A stretch of 64,000 nucleotides of DNA. Source: Candidatus Zixiibacteriota bacterium (GTDB taxonomy: Bacteria; RBG-13-66-14; B26-G2; WVWN01). Location: positions 1 to 64,000 of the forward strand of contig JASFLY010000009.1 of NCBI GenBank assembly GCA_050117845.1, read 5' to 3'. Every line of letters starts with the position of its first letter. The first letter of the stretch is position 1. The notes beneath the pieces were generated by a model. The model was not told the origin of the DNA and searched no databases. It saw nothing but the letters and a program-made list of their open reading frames with translations. Of this stretch, positions 51,724 through 60,858 are shown piece by piece. A program made the position numbers and the translations under genes.

Positions 51724-52284
51724 TTATATCTCCAGAACCTCTTCTTCCTTCGCTTCTAGAAGGGTATCTACCCGCTCAATATATTCGTCCGTCAACTCCT
51801 GGACTTTTTCCATAAGACGCTGAGCATCGTCTTCGGATATTTCGCCGTCTTTCTGTGCTGCTTTCAACGCTTTATTCGCGTCGCCGCGGACCCGCCGAAT
51901 AGACACTTTACCTTCCTCGGCCAACTTCTTCACCAGCTTCACGAGGTCCCGCCGGCGCTCCTCGGTGAGGGGCGGAATGTTGATGCGGATGATGTTGCCG
52001 TCGTTGGTCGGCGTCAGGCCCAGGTCGGACTGGTATATCGCCCTCTCGACGTCCTTGATAATGGACTTATCCCAGGGCTGGACGACGACGGTGCGGGCGT
52101 CCGGGACGGAAATTGTGGCCACCTGCTTCAACGGCATCCGCTGGCCGTAGGACTCCACCGAGATGCGGTCGAGCAAAGTAACGGAAGCGCGGCCGGTGCG
52201 GATGGACGAGAACTCGCGCTCCGTCGCCGAAGTGGCCGATTCCATTTTGCTTTCCGTCTTCTTAAGGATGTCGTCTGCTTCCAC
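51724..52284 (-). CDS. frr: Ribosome recycling factor
   Basis: IRTGRAS, PPLTEERRRDLVK. Confidence 0.97.
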   Translation of the reverse strand: MEADDILKKTESKMESATSATEREFSSIRTGRASVTLLDRISVESYGQRMPLKQVATISVPDARTVVVQPWDKSIIKDVERAIYQSDLGLTPTNDGNIIRINIPPLTEERRRDLVKLVKKLAEEGKVSIRRVRGDANKALKAAQKDGEISEDDAQRLMEKVQELTDEYIERVDTLLEAKEEEVLEI

Positions 52285-52290
52285 GGCCGC

Positions 52291-53007
52291 TCACCCCACG
52301 TACGTTCCGATTTTTTCTCCTCGGATTATTTTGGCAACGTTACCCGTTTCGCGTAAATCAAAAACCACAACGGGGATTTCGTGGTCACGACACAGCGCCG
52401 CCGCGGCGGCGTCCATGACCCTCAAATCCCGGGCGATTACCTCGTCGAACGAGAGGGACTCGTACATCCGGGCTTCGGGGTTGTCTTCCGGGTCGCTGTC
52501 GTAAACGCCCGGCACGTCCGTCCCCTTCAAAATGGCGTCGGCCTCTATCTCGCAGGCCCGCAGGGCCGCGGCGGTATCGGTCGAAAAAAGCGGCCTTCCG
52601 GTTCCGCCCGCGAATATCACGGCCGCGCCGCCCTCCAGAAGATCCAGGGCCCGACGCCGGGAGTAGCGTTCGCAACATTCACCGACGCCGAAGGACGACA
52701 GCACCTCGGCCGAAACGCCTTGCCCGTCCAAACCCTCTTTTAAAGCCAGGGCGTTAATGACGGTGGCCAACATGCCCATGTAGTCGACGGGGACCTGCGG
52801 CCACCCCATTTCGCGAGCCTCGCGCCCCCGGACGATGTTCCCCCCGCCGATAACTACCGCCGCCTGTGCGCCCGTCTCGCAAGCGTCCGCTATTTCCCGG
52901 GCGACGTACGACACCTTTTCCGGCGCCAGGCCGGCCTCTCCCTCTCCGGCCAAAGCGCCGCCGGACAATTTCAACAGGACGCGTCGATATGCGGCGGCCC
53001 CGGCCAT
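52291..53007 (-). CDS. pyrH: UMP kinase
   Basis: LLKLSG, GGGNI, DYMGMLAT, STDTAAALRA. Confidence 0.96.
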   Translation of the reverse strand: MAGAAAYRRVLLKLSGGALAGEGEAGLAPEKVSYVAREIADACETGAQAAVVIGGGNIVRGREAREMGWPQVPVDYMGMLATVINALALKEGLDGQGVSAEVLSSFGVGECCERYSRRRALDLLEGGAAVIFAGGTGRPLFSTDTAAALRACEIEADAILKGTDVPGVYDSDPEDNPEARMYESLSFDEVIARDLRVMDAAAAALCRDHEIPVVVFDLRETGNVAKIIRGEKIGTYVG

Positions 53008-53011
53008 CGGC

Positions 53012-53605
53012 CTATTCCCCCAGTTTAAACCGGGCGAACCTCCCGATGACTATGTTCTCGCCCAACTTCGCGACCGTTTCCTCGACGTACTCCCTGACGG
53101 TCTTGTCCGGGTCTTTCACGTACGCCTGTTCGAGGAGGGTCCGTTCGGCGATGAATTTCTTGAGCCGACCCTCGACTATCTTCTCGATTATATTATCCGG
53201 CTTGCCCTGCTCACGGGCCTGCTCGGCCGCGATGTTGCGTTCGCCTTCGAGTACGTCCGGCGGGAACTCCTCGGCCGTCACCGCCACCGGGTCGGCCGCG
53301 GCCACGTGCATCGCGATGTCCTTGACGAACGCCCGAAATTCGTCCGTCCGAGCGACGAAGTCGGTCTCGCAATTAATCTCTACCAGTACGCCCAATTTAT
53401 CGCCGGGGTGGATGTAGGAGGCAATCAAGCCCTCGCCCGTCGCGCGGCCGGCTTTCTTCTTCGCCGCGGCCAGGCCCTTAACCCTAAGGTATTCCACGGC
53501 CCGATCGTGGTCTCCGCCGCATTCCTGGAGGGCCCGTTTGCAGTCCATCATGCCGGCGCCGGTCCGTTCGCGGAGTTTTTTTACTTCCGTCGCCTCAATC
53601 GCCAT
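53012..53605 (-). CDS. tsf: Elongation factor Ts (short form)
   Basis: LRERTGAGMMDCK, NCETDFVA. Confidence 0.97.
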   Translation of the reverse strand: MAIEATEVKKLRERTGAGMMDCKRALQECGGDHDRAVEYLRVKGLAAAKKKAGRATGEGLIASYIHPGDKLGVLVEINCETDFVARTDEFRAFVKDIAMHVAAADPVAVTAEEFPPDVLEGERNIAAEQAREQGKPDNIIEKIVEGRLKKFIAERTLLEQAYVKDPDKTVREYVEETVAKLGENIVIGRFARFKLGE

Positions 53606-53620
53606 AACTTATCCTCTCAA

Positions 53621-54391
53621 CTATCCCTCGGGACTAACGTACGCCGAAGCGCCGGGCGCGTCGGCGGCGATTACTTCTTCGGCTCCCGCCGTATCGTCAC
53701 CCTCGGTACCTTCGCCGCGGCCGTCCACGAAACCCTGGGCGATAGTGGCGGCCATGATGCGGATGGACCGGATGGCGTCGTCGTTGCCGGGCACGACGTA
53801 ATCCACGGGGTCGGGGTCGCAATTCGTATCGACCAGCGCCACTACCTTTATTCCCAGCCGATTCGCTTCCCGGAGCGCGATGATTTCGCGCCGGGGGTCG
53901 ATAAGGAACACGACCTGGGGCAGACGCTTCATGTCCCTGATGCCCCGGTACAACTTTAGAAGCCTCGCCTTCTCTTTTAAGAAGCCCAGGCGTTCTTTTT
54001 TATTGTACTTAGCCAGCGTGCCGTCTTCTTCCATCGCCTCGATAGCCTTGAGGCGATCGATGTTCTTCTTGATGGTCTCGTAGTTGGTCAGCGTGCCGCC
54101 GAGCCAGCGGGTGGTGACGAAGAAGCAGTCGGCGCGAGCGGCCTCTTCCTCGACCGCGGCCTGGGCCTGTTTCTTGGTCCCCACGAAAAGGGCCCGGCCT
54201 CCGCCACGGGCGATGTCCCGGGCGAACTCGTACGCCCCTTCCAGGAGCCGCAAGGTCTTCTGCAGGTCAATAATGTAAATGCCGTTGCGTTCCGCGAAGA
54301 TATACTTGCGCATCTTCGGGTTCCAACGGCGGGTCTGGTGGCCGAAGTGGACTCCGGCCTCCAATAATTGCTTCATCGATACGTCGAACAT
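53621..54391 (-). CDS. rpsB: 30S ribosomal protein S2
   Basis: [28 protein letters not shown]. Confidence 0.98.
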   Translation of the reverse strand: MFDVSMKQLLEAGVHFGHQTRRWNPKMRKYIFAERNGIYIIDLQKTLRLLEGAYEFARDIARGGGRALFVGTKKQAQAAVEEEAARADCFFVTTRWLGGTLTNYETIKKNIDRLKAIEAMEEDGTLAKYNKKERLGFLKEKARLLKLYRGIRDMKRLPQVVFLIDPRREIIALREANRLGIKVVALVDTNCDPDPVDYVVPGNDDAIRSIRIMAATIAQGFVDGRGEGTEGDDTAGAEEVIAADAPGASAYVSPEG

Positions 54392-54525
54392 GACTATCTA
54401 AACCTCCGTGACCGTGTTTACGTTGGCAAGGGGCGTTCCGATATCCGCGCCCCTTTGGAGCGATAGCCGCGAATTTTTTATTTCACCAGCTTAAGAAGCT
54501 TTCCTCCGGTGATATAAAGCTCGCG

Positions 54526-54918
54526 TTAACGTTTAGAGAACTGGAACCGCTTGCGCGCACCCGGCTGGCCGTACTTCTTCCGTTCCTTCATCCGCGGGTC
54601 ACGCGTCAGGAGGCCGGCTTTTTTGAGCGACGACCGATACGAACCGTCCACCTGCTCGAGGGCGCGGGCGATGCCGTGGCGCAGAGCGCCCCGCTGGCCC
54701 GTTATGCCGCCGCCCTTCACGGTGGAGAAGACGTCGAATTTGCCGGTGGTCCCGGTGACCTCGAACGGTTTAAGGATGTCGACGCGCCAGGTCTCGAGGG
54801 TGAAGTAGTCGTCTATGGGTTTCTTGTTGACGACCAGCTTGCCCTCGCCGGGCCATATCCAAACCCGGGCGACCGAGGTCTTGCGCCTGCCGGTAGCGTA
54901 ATGTTTTTTAACGTCCAA
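54526..54918 (-). CDS. rpsI: 30S ribosomal protein S9
   Basis: [21 protein letters not shown]. Confidence 0.98.
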   Translation of the reverse strand: MDVKKHYATGRRKTSVARVWIWPGEGKLVVNKKPIDDYFTLETWRVDILKPFEVTGTTGKFDVFSTVKGGGITGQRGALRHGIARALEQVDGSYRSSLKKAGLLTRDPRMKERKKYGQPGARKRFQFSKR

Positions 54919-54938
54919 CTGAAATCCTCCAGCCCCGC

Positions 54939-55379
54939 TTAGACGTCGAGCGTTTGCGGGTTCTGCGCCGCGTGAGGATGGTTCGGGCCGCGGTAAACCT
55001 TAACCTTCTTTAAAAGCTTGCGACCCAACCTGTTTTTCGGTAACATGCCCCGTACCGCGTGCAGGATGACCCACTCCGGTTTACGCTCCATTAATTGGCC
55101 AAGCGACGCTTCTTTCAAGTGGCCGACGTATCCGGAATGCCGATAGTAGGTCTTGTCCCGTAGCTTGTTACCGGTAACCCGAATTTTGTCGGCGTTAATG
55201 ACGATCACGAAATCGCCGGTATCGAGGTGGGGCGTGAAATAGGGCTTCTCCTTGCCGCGCACTATTTGCGCGACGCGGGTAGCCAGGCGCCCCAACACTT
55301 TGCCGTCGGCGTCGACGACGAACCAGCGCTGTTCGATATCGTCCTTTTTGGGTATAAAAGTCTTCTCGTGCACTCGCAT
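54939..55379 (-). CDS. rplM: 50S ribosomal protein L13
   Basis: [27 protein letters not shown]; start reassigned to ATG 55379 (GTG 55373 possible). Confidence 0.97.
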   Translation of the reverse strand: MRVHEKTFIPKKDDIEQRWFVVDADGKVLGRLATRVAQIVRGKEKPYFTPHLDTGDFVIVINADKIRVTGNKLRDKTYYRHSGYVGHLKEASLGQLMERKPEWVILHAVRGMLPKNRLGRKLLKKVKVYRGPNHPHAAQNPQTLDV

Positions 55380-55591
55380 CACTCCGCAACTATTAAGCGC
55401 TCGCGGCCACGGCCGCGAGGGACCGAAATATAACAATATCAAGGTGTAAAGTCAAGTATTATTTGTATAATCCGGCCGGAATATATTATATTAACGTCAG
55501 TGCTTCCGGTCGATTCATCCCCGGGCGCGGCGTGACTCCGGCGGAGAGCCGGCGTGTCCCGACCGGAATTTATAAAACAGGAGGTAATCGA

Positions 55592-56068
55592 TTGCAGGTG
55601 AGGCTACAGCGCATTGCGGCCGGCCTTCTCGCCCTCGCGGCCTTCATGGTGTTCGTCGGTGCGGCCGGGTGCGGCAAGAAGAACGGCGCCGAAGGAAAAA
55701 TGGGCGACCCGTTGGATCCCTGGAAGGAAGCGGCGGCCCGAATCGAAGAAAGGCCGGGAGTGAAGGACGCCCAGGCTTTCGTCTCGGGCGGTCGACATAT
55801 CATCTTTTTAATAGAATTGGACTATCGTGAAATTACCGAAGATAAAATCGAAAGGTTGGACACGGGCGTAACGCGCGAGCTGTGCGCGGCCTTACCGAGC
55901 CCGGTCGAAATGCGGATAAGCATACCCGACCGCGGCGGCCAGGAATGGCAGGGTTTTTACGTACCCGACGGCGGTATTTTCAAGACTTTCCGGGGCTCGA
56001 CGGAACTCGAGCCGTACTTCGACGCCGAAACGGCCACGTTCTTTATTAACCTACCGGCGGAAGGTTAG
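55592..56068 (+). CDS. Putative lipoprotein
   Basis: AGGAGG then TTG; hydrophobic signal ending in an AAGC lipobox. Confidence 0.7.
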   Translation: MQVRLQRIAAGLLALAAFMVFVGAAGCGKKNGAEGKMGDPLDPWKEAAARIEERPGVKDAQAFVSGGRHIIFLIELDYREITEDKIERLDTGVTRELCAALPSPVEMRISIPDRGGQEWQGFYVPDGGIFKTFRGSTELEPYFDAETATFFINLPAEG

Positions 56069-56103
56069 CGGCGCGGCCCCGGGCGGTGCAAGTCGTTTTC
56101 TGG

Positions 56104-56132
56104 TTGACATCGGGTGGCAGATAGTATAAATT
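56104..56132 (+). promoter_or_regulatory. Sigma70-type promoter
   Basis: TTGACA-17-TAAATT upstream of the 56173 small ORF. Confidence 0.5.
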
Positions 56133-56172
56133 TTTTAGCGGGTCGGGGTTAACGAGTTAAGGGGGTGAACTT

Positions 56173-56340
56173 ATGGAAGCCGAGGTCTTAATCTCGAATG
56201 ACAAGCGGGAAGACCACCGGTACCATAAACTCAATTGTAGGTGGTGCGACCATATCAAGCACGCGAACAAACGCCAGGTAACGCTATCCGAAGCCCGGGA
56301 ACGCGGCTATAAACGGTGCGACGAGTGCAAACCCCAGTAG
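56173..56340 (+). CDS. 55-aa Ada metal-binding-domain-like microprotein (not in ORF track)
   Basis: MEAEVLISNDKREDHRYHKLNCRWCDHIKHANKRQVTLSEARERGYKRCDECKPQ; YHxxxC...GYxxCxxCKP motif; GGGGTG RBS. Confidence 0.75.
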   Translation: MEAEVLISNDKREDHRYHKLNCRWCDHIKHANKRQVTLSEARERGYKRCDECKPQ

Positions 56341-56409
56341 CGGGTAGTTGGGGTACGCCAGGTACTTAGGCGCTCCTCGCAAACCTTTTCCCGGCCGTAA
56401 CCGCCCAAA

Positions 56410-56440
56410 TATATAAGGAGCCGGCCGAAGGCCGACTCCT
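56410..56440 (-). terminator. Terminator between the convergent microproteins
   Basis: AGGAGTCGGCC-TTC-GGCCGGCTCCT then TATATATTT on the minus strand. Confidence 0.6.
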
Positions 56441-56465
56441 CGTGGCAGGGTGGTTGTGGTCTAAT

Positions 56466-56636
56466 TTAAGCCAGGGACTTAAGGGACTCGATAAGGGTTT
56501 TAATAAAAACCCAATTCGATTTCCCGCAAGGGCATACCGGGAACGCTTCCTTCGCGGTTAACTGGATTTCTTTCCCGCAATTCGTACACCGGTAAACGCC
56601 CGATGTCGGAGGCTTTTGGCCCGGCAAAAAACCCAT
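56466..56636 (-). CDS. 56-aa zinc-ribbon microprotein (not in ORF track)
   Basis: MGFLPGQKPPTSGVYRCTNCGKEIQLTAKEAFPVCPCGKSNWVFIKTLIESLKSLA; CxxC...CPC; GGGAGG RBS. Confidence 0.75.
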   Translation of the reverse strand: MGFLPGQKPPTSGVYRCTNCGKEIQLTAKEAFPVCPCGKSNWVFIKTLIESLKSLA

Positions 56637-56824
56637 CGCTCAGCCCTCCCCTGATTAGTGTTTGCGTTAGGGGCACCCGAAGAAGTGGTCCCGGATCGAA
56701 TCGGGCGCCCCCCCAATACCCGCCCTACCCCCAATACACTCCCTACGTCGGACGTTCGTAAGGATCTTTCCCACCACCATTCTCTATTGGACCCCTCAAA
56801 TCCGCGGGAATATTACAATATACC

Positions 56825-56848
56825 CCCTGACAGGAGCTGTCAGTTTTT
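56825..56848 (-). promoter_or_regulatory. Palindromic operator CTGACAG-N3-CTGTCAG at the promoter of the Zn-ribbon gene
   Basis: Perfect 7-bp arms; 21/24 identical to 5073-5096; TAATAT -10-like element 11 nt downstream on the minus strand. Confidence 0.55.
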
Positions 56849-57078
56849 TTAACCTATTTAAAAAACGGACATTTTAAATATTGAAATAGGAAACCGCGGG
56901 GGCCACAACGGGGTGAATACCTCGTTGCGGCCCGACCGCGGTTAGCTTTAATACTGCCGATTCGAACCGGGCCTAAATACCCTGAGCCATCCCGCCGGGA
57001 CAAGGGGCGATCATTCGCCGATATAACCCGGGAGTACGCCCCGGACGCCCCGGCAGGCCGAAAAACATCTTTTCGCCC

Positions 57079-57744
57079 TTAGTAGTATATCGCTTTCGCC
57101 CGGCCGAAACTCAGCGGCTCGACGTTCAACGTCTCGGTGTCGAGGATTACCCTGATCATAAGGTTGTAGTAACCGGTCGAGTTGGTATAGGGCGACCAGG
57201 TTCCACTGTAATACATCCAGGAGGGGGCGACAGGCGTCGAATTGTTATCGACGCCGTGGGCGTCGCAGTTCGGGTAGTTGTAATATTGCTCGACGGCGGC
57301 GACGAAATTATCGTCGGACACGGGAACGGTCCAACCGACCGAGAAATCGTTCCAACCGTAATTGGTGGTACTACCGGTAACGAACCGGGGCCCCCATATG
57401 AGCGAACCGGGCACCCCGCCCGCGAAGTTAAACACGCCGATGCGGAACCCGTCCCAGCTGCCGTTGGGCCAGGCCGGCCCGGTATGTACCCGCATAGTGG
57501 TTAGGCCGCGGTAAGAAGAGAGCGTCGAAATATCGAAGGCATTCCCGATCCAGGTCCCGCTGCCCGTATACCACGCGATATTATACGACGACGACCCGTT
57601 GTCCCACTTCAGCTCAATGGAAGCGTCGTAAGTGGGGTCCTCGGCCGCAGGTCCGGCGGAAGGCGCCGGCTCCACCACGTAGTCGGCGGCCCAAGCACCC
57701 GCGCATATCACGCCCGCCGCTAAAACCGTCAATAACGTTTTCAT
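57079..57744 (-). CDS. Secreted Trp/Tyr-rich protein, paralog 1, C-terminal VEPLSFGRAKAIYY
   Basis: Signal peptide; WDNG, WDGFRIG, EQYYNYP, LMIRV shared with neighbours. Confidence 0.85.
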   Translation of the reverse strand: MKTLLTVLAAGVICAGAWAADYVVEPAPSAGPAAEDPTYDASIELKWDNGSSSYNIAWYTGSGTWIGNAFDISTLSSYRGLTTMRVHTGPAWPNGSWDGFRIGVFNFAGGVPGSLIWGPRFVTGSTTNYGWNDFSVGWTVPVSDDNFVAAVEQYYNYPNCDAHGVDNNSTPVAPSWMYYSGTWSPYTNSTGYYNLMIRVILDTETLNVEPLSFGRAKAIYY

Positions 57745-57817
57745 CTTGTTCCCTCCGTTTCTTAGCGTTTACGCATTCGGTACGATCGGCCGCGGGTTGC
57801 GGCCGACCTTACCGACG

Positions 57818-58477
57818 TTAACGATACGTCGCTTTAACCCTACCGAGACTTGAAGGTATAACGTTCAACTTCTCGTTAACGACGACGACTCGTAACATCA
57901 AATTTCGATACGGATTTACCGATGTGGAAAGAGGGGACCATTCGCCCCGATAATGCTCCCACGAGCGGCCCACGAAAGTGGGGTTAATATCCAGTCCGAA
58001 CGGATCACAATCCGGGTAATTATAATACTGCTCCACGGCCGCGACAAACGAGTCCATCCCGGCCGGCAACGTCCACCCTACCGTGAAATCGCACCAGGTA
58101 TGGCCCGTACCGGACCCGATACAGAACGTCGGCCCCCACAACAGCGAACCGGGCACCGAGGAGAAAGCGTATACGCCGATACGGCATCCGTCCCACTGGT
58201 TATTAGGCCAGGTATCGCGGGAATAAAACCGTATCTTCTCGATGGCCCGGTACGAGGTCAACGTGGATAGGTCGAAATCATTGCCGACCCACGACCCGAC
58301 TCCCGTATACCAGGATATACTCCACTGGCGGGTACCGTTATCCCACGCGAGTTCCATCTCGGCGTCGGCCGCCGCGCCGACGTATTTCGCCGGCGTCGCC
58401 GGTCCGTCTATAGCAAAATCCGCCGCCCCGGCCAACCCGGCCACGGCGACGACCCAGCATAAAACGATTTGTTTCAC
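57818..58477 (-). CDS. Secreted Trp/Tyr-rich protein, paralog 2, C-terminal VIPSSLGRVKATYR
   Basis: Signal peptide; same conserved blocks; AGGAGG RBS. Confidence 0.85.
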   Translation of the reverse strand: MKQIVLCWVVAVAGLAGAADFAIDGPATPAKYVGAAADAEMELAWDNGTRQWSISWYTGVGSWVGNDFDLSTLTSYRAIEKIRFYSRDTWPNNQWDGCRIGVYAFSSVPGSLLWGPTFCIGSGTGHTWCDFTVGWTLPAGMDSFVAAVEQYYNYPDCDPFGLDINPTFVGRSWEHYRGEWSPLSTSVNPYRNLMLRVVVVNEKLNVIPSSLGRVKATYR

Positions 58478-58637
58478 CCTACGACCTCCTAACTAAGTCC
58501 TGACGATTCAATACCGTAATCGCGTAAACTTAGCCGGCTACTACTCCACCCTGTAAGTTAAATTATATATCAATGCGGCGCAGATGTCAAAATAAATTAA
58601 CACGACATTTCAGGCCACGGGGCTACGGCGTTTATAC

Positions 58638-58670
58638 GACGAAAGGGGCCTTAAAGGCCCCTTTCGTTTT
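58638..58670. terminator. Intrinsic terminator-like hairpin
   Basis: ACGAAAGGGGCC...GGCCCCTTTCGT inverted repeat downstream of paralog 3. Confidence 0.65.
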
Positions 58671-58692
58671 GCGCTTCGCGCGCAGACATCCC

Positions 58693-59355
58693 CTATCGGT
58701 ACATCGCCTTGACCCGGCCCATACTCGCCGGTTCCATCCCGACGTAGGCATCGCTGACCCGGACTCTAATCATTACGTTATCGTACCCCGTGGAACTGGA
58801 ATAGGCCGTCCAACTCCCTGAATACATCCAGGAGTGCTCTTGGAACGTAGGATTATTGTCGAGGGTATGGGCATCCGCGTTCGGGTAATTATAAAACTGC
58901 TCCATCGCCGCGGCGAAACGGAGCGTCCCGGGCGGCAAGGTCCAGGCCACCGAGAAATTCGCCCATCCGGCGCTCGAGAGGCCCGGTTTTACGAATTTCG
59001 GCCCCCATATCAGCGACGCGGGTACTCCGCCGGAAAGGCTGTACAGGCCTATATTAAAACCGTCCCACGCGCCGTTGGGCCAATCGGGACTGGTATACAC
59101 CAACATCCGCGTTATCCGCGTGTAGTCCCGGAGTTGGCGCAGGTCGAAATCGTTCGCTACCCAGGCGTTCGCGCCCGTGTAATACGCCATGGAATAACTA
59201 CGTGTCCCGTTATCCCACTTCAATTCCACTACGGTGTCCTCGTCCTCCGGCAAAGCGCCGGGTTCGCCGGACGGCGCCGCGGCCGCGAAATCAGCCGCGA
59301 TCACCGCGGCGACCATCGTAAACGTTAGAGCCGTTACCGCTATTATTACCTTCAT
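58693..59355 (-). CDS. Secreted Trp/Tyr-rich protein, paralog 3, C-terminal MEPASMGRVKAMYR
   Basis: Signal peptide; same conserved blocks; AGGAGGAGG RBS. Confidence 0.85.
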   Translation of the reverse strand: MKVIIAVTALTFTMVAAVIAADFAAAAPSGEPGALPEDEDTVVELKWDNGTRSYSMAYYTGANAWVANDFDLRQLRDYTRITRMLVYTSPDWPNGAWDGFNIGLYSLSGGVPASLIWGPKFVKPGLSSAGWANFSVAWTLPPGTLRFAAAMEQFYNYPNADAHTLDNNPTFQEHSWMYSGSWTAYSSSTGYDNVMIRVRVSDAYVGMEPASMGRVKAMYR

Positions 59356-59766
59356 ATCTTATCCTCCTCCTTTGCCCGGAACCAACCGCCGGGCATCATC
59401 ATTTTATTTGCTTATATAATACCGGGCTATCACGTATACTCCGCCCGCCGCTCAGCCCCGGGGACGCCGGCGACGCGAAGCCGCCCCGAGATAAAAACCC
59501 GCCGCACCGGCCGCGACGGCCGAAACGACGGTCCAATTATCCGTGGATCCGTATTGATGTTCCCTCCTAACAACGGGACGAACGCTCGTTACGCGATACC
59601 GCCCGCGGCGAATACGTCGTGACCCGACGCAACCGCCTACTATGTCAATTTTATATGATTATATTTGCCTTGGCAAGTACTTTTTTCGCTCCCGCGCCGC
59701 CGACCTCTCGCCTTTTCCCTTTACTTCGCCCCGATTATTTCCTAAAATCCGGCCGCGGGTCCCGCT

Positions 59767-60858
59767 ATGAAAATACCCCCCGAACTCCATTTCGGCGTAG
59801 AGGAAGAATTCGCCCTTCTCCACCGCGACGGCTCCCTGGCCAACGAGGCCGACGCGGTGCTGGAACTCGTCCCCGAAAAGTACAAACCGGACAATATCAA
59901 ACGCGACCTCCATTTCTGCATCGTGGAGATAGCCACGCCGGTCTGCAACTCCCCGGCGAAAGTGGAACGTTCCTTGCGGGAACTGCGCGGGGCGGTCGGC
60001 GAGGCCGTGGCCTCGCGGGGATTGCGCGTTATCTCGTCCGGCGTCCACCCCACGGCGCCCATGGACCAGGGCCGTCTCGTCGAAACGCCCCGCTTCAAAC
60101 GTCTTATCGAGGGCGGCGCCCTGCGGGGCGACGGCGTGCACTTCGGCTTCCACCTGCACGTCTCGCTGGACGGGCCGGAAGCCCGGGCCGCCGTCGTGAA
60201 CTGGCTCCGCTGGCACATCCCCGACTTCGTCGCCTTCTCCGTGAACGCGCCGTTCTATCTGGGAAAGTACCACGACGTCAAGTCGGTCCGGCTGGAATAT
60301 TACGACCCGGTCCCGACGGTGGGGCCCCCGCCGGTAATAAAGAAATTCGACGATTGGGCCGACGTCCTGAAGTCGTTCCGGGCGTACGGCGTCGAGGGCG
60401 AACGGGACCACTACGGCGACATACGCCACCGCTACAGCCTCCCCACCATCGAGGTCCGCGTGATGGACACGCAACAATCGGTCGACGAGGCGGTGGCGGC
60501 GGCGGCGTACGTTTGGGCCCTCGTGCGCCACTACGCGTCCCTCTTGGGCGACGAGTTCCTGCCCCCCATGACGGAAAACGAGTTGGCGTCGAACCGGGAG
60601 GGCGCCTGGCGACGGGGCCTGGAGGGTAACTTCGGCCTATACGGCGACGCCGTCGACCGCGCGGAGTACATAGGCCACACGCTGCACCACCTCGTCGAAG
60701 CCGGCACGCCCGAAAGCCCCTACCTGGAACGGCTCGCCGAACGCGTGGCCGCGCGCGGGACGGGCGCCGACCGCCAGTTGTCCTTCCTGCAAAGCGAAAC
60801 CGTCGACGGGCCGGCACTTCTGGCCGAACTCGAACGTAAATTCGCGGAGGGGATATAG
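59767..60858 (+). CDS. YbdK-like carboxylate-amine ligase (glutamate-cysteine ligase family 2)
   Basis: FGVEEEF, EIATPV, SGVHP, GFHLHV, TIEVRVMD. Confidence 0.9.
   Translation: MKIPPELHFGVEEEFALLHRDGSLANEADAVLELVPEKYKPDNIKRDLHFCIVEIATPVCNSPAKVERSLRELRGAVGEAVASRGLRVISSGVHPTAPMDQGRLVETPRFKRLIEGGALRGDGVHFGFHLHVSLDGPEARAAVVNWLRWHIPDFVAFSVNAPFYLGKYHDVKSVRLEYYDPVPTVGPPPVIKKFDDWADVLKSFRAYGVEGERDHYGDIRHRYSLPTIEVRVMDTQQSVDEAVAAAAYVWALVRHYASLLGDEFLPPMTENELASNREGAWRRGLEGNFGLYGDAVDRAEYIGHTLHHLVEAGTPESPYLERLAERVAARGTGADRQLSFLQSETVDGPALLAELERKFAEGI

Noticed and set aside
57079..59355. Possible diversity-generating retroelement or shufflon targets
   Set aside because: No reverse transcriptase or invertase nearby, no near-identical TR/VR pair, and divergence is spread throughout the genes.
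59400..59650. SD-like AGGAGG without a start codon upstream of paralog 3
   Set aside because: Superficially like the csp leaders, but I found no matching long-range stem or convincing ORF.
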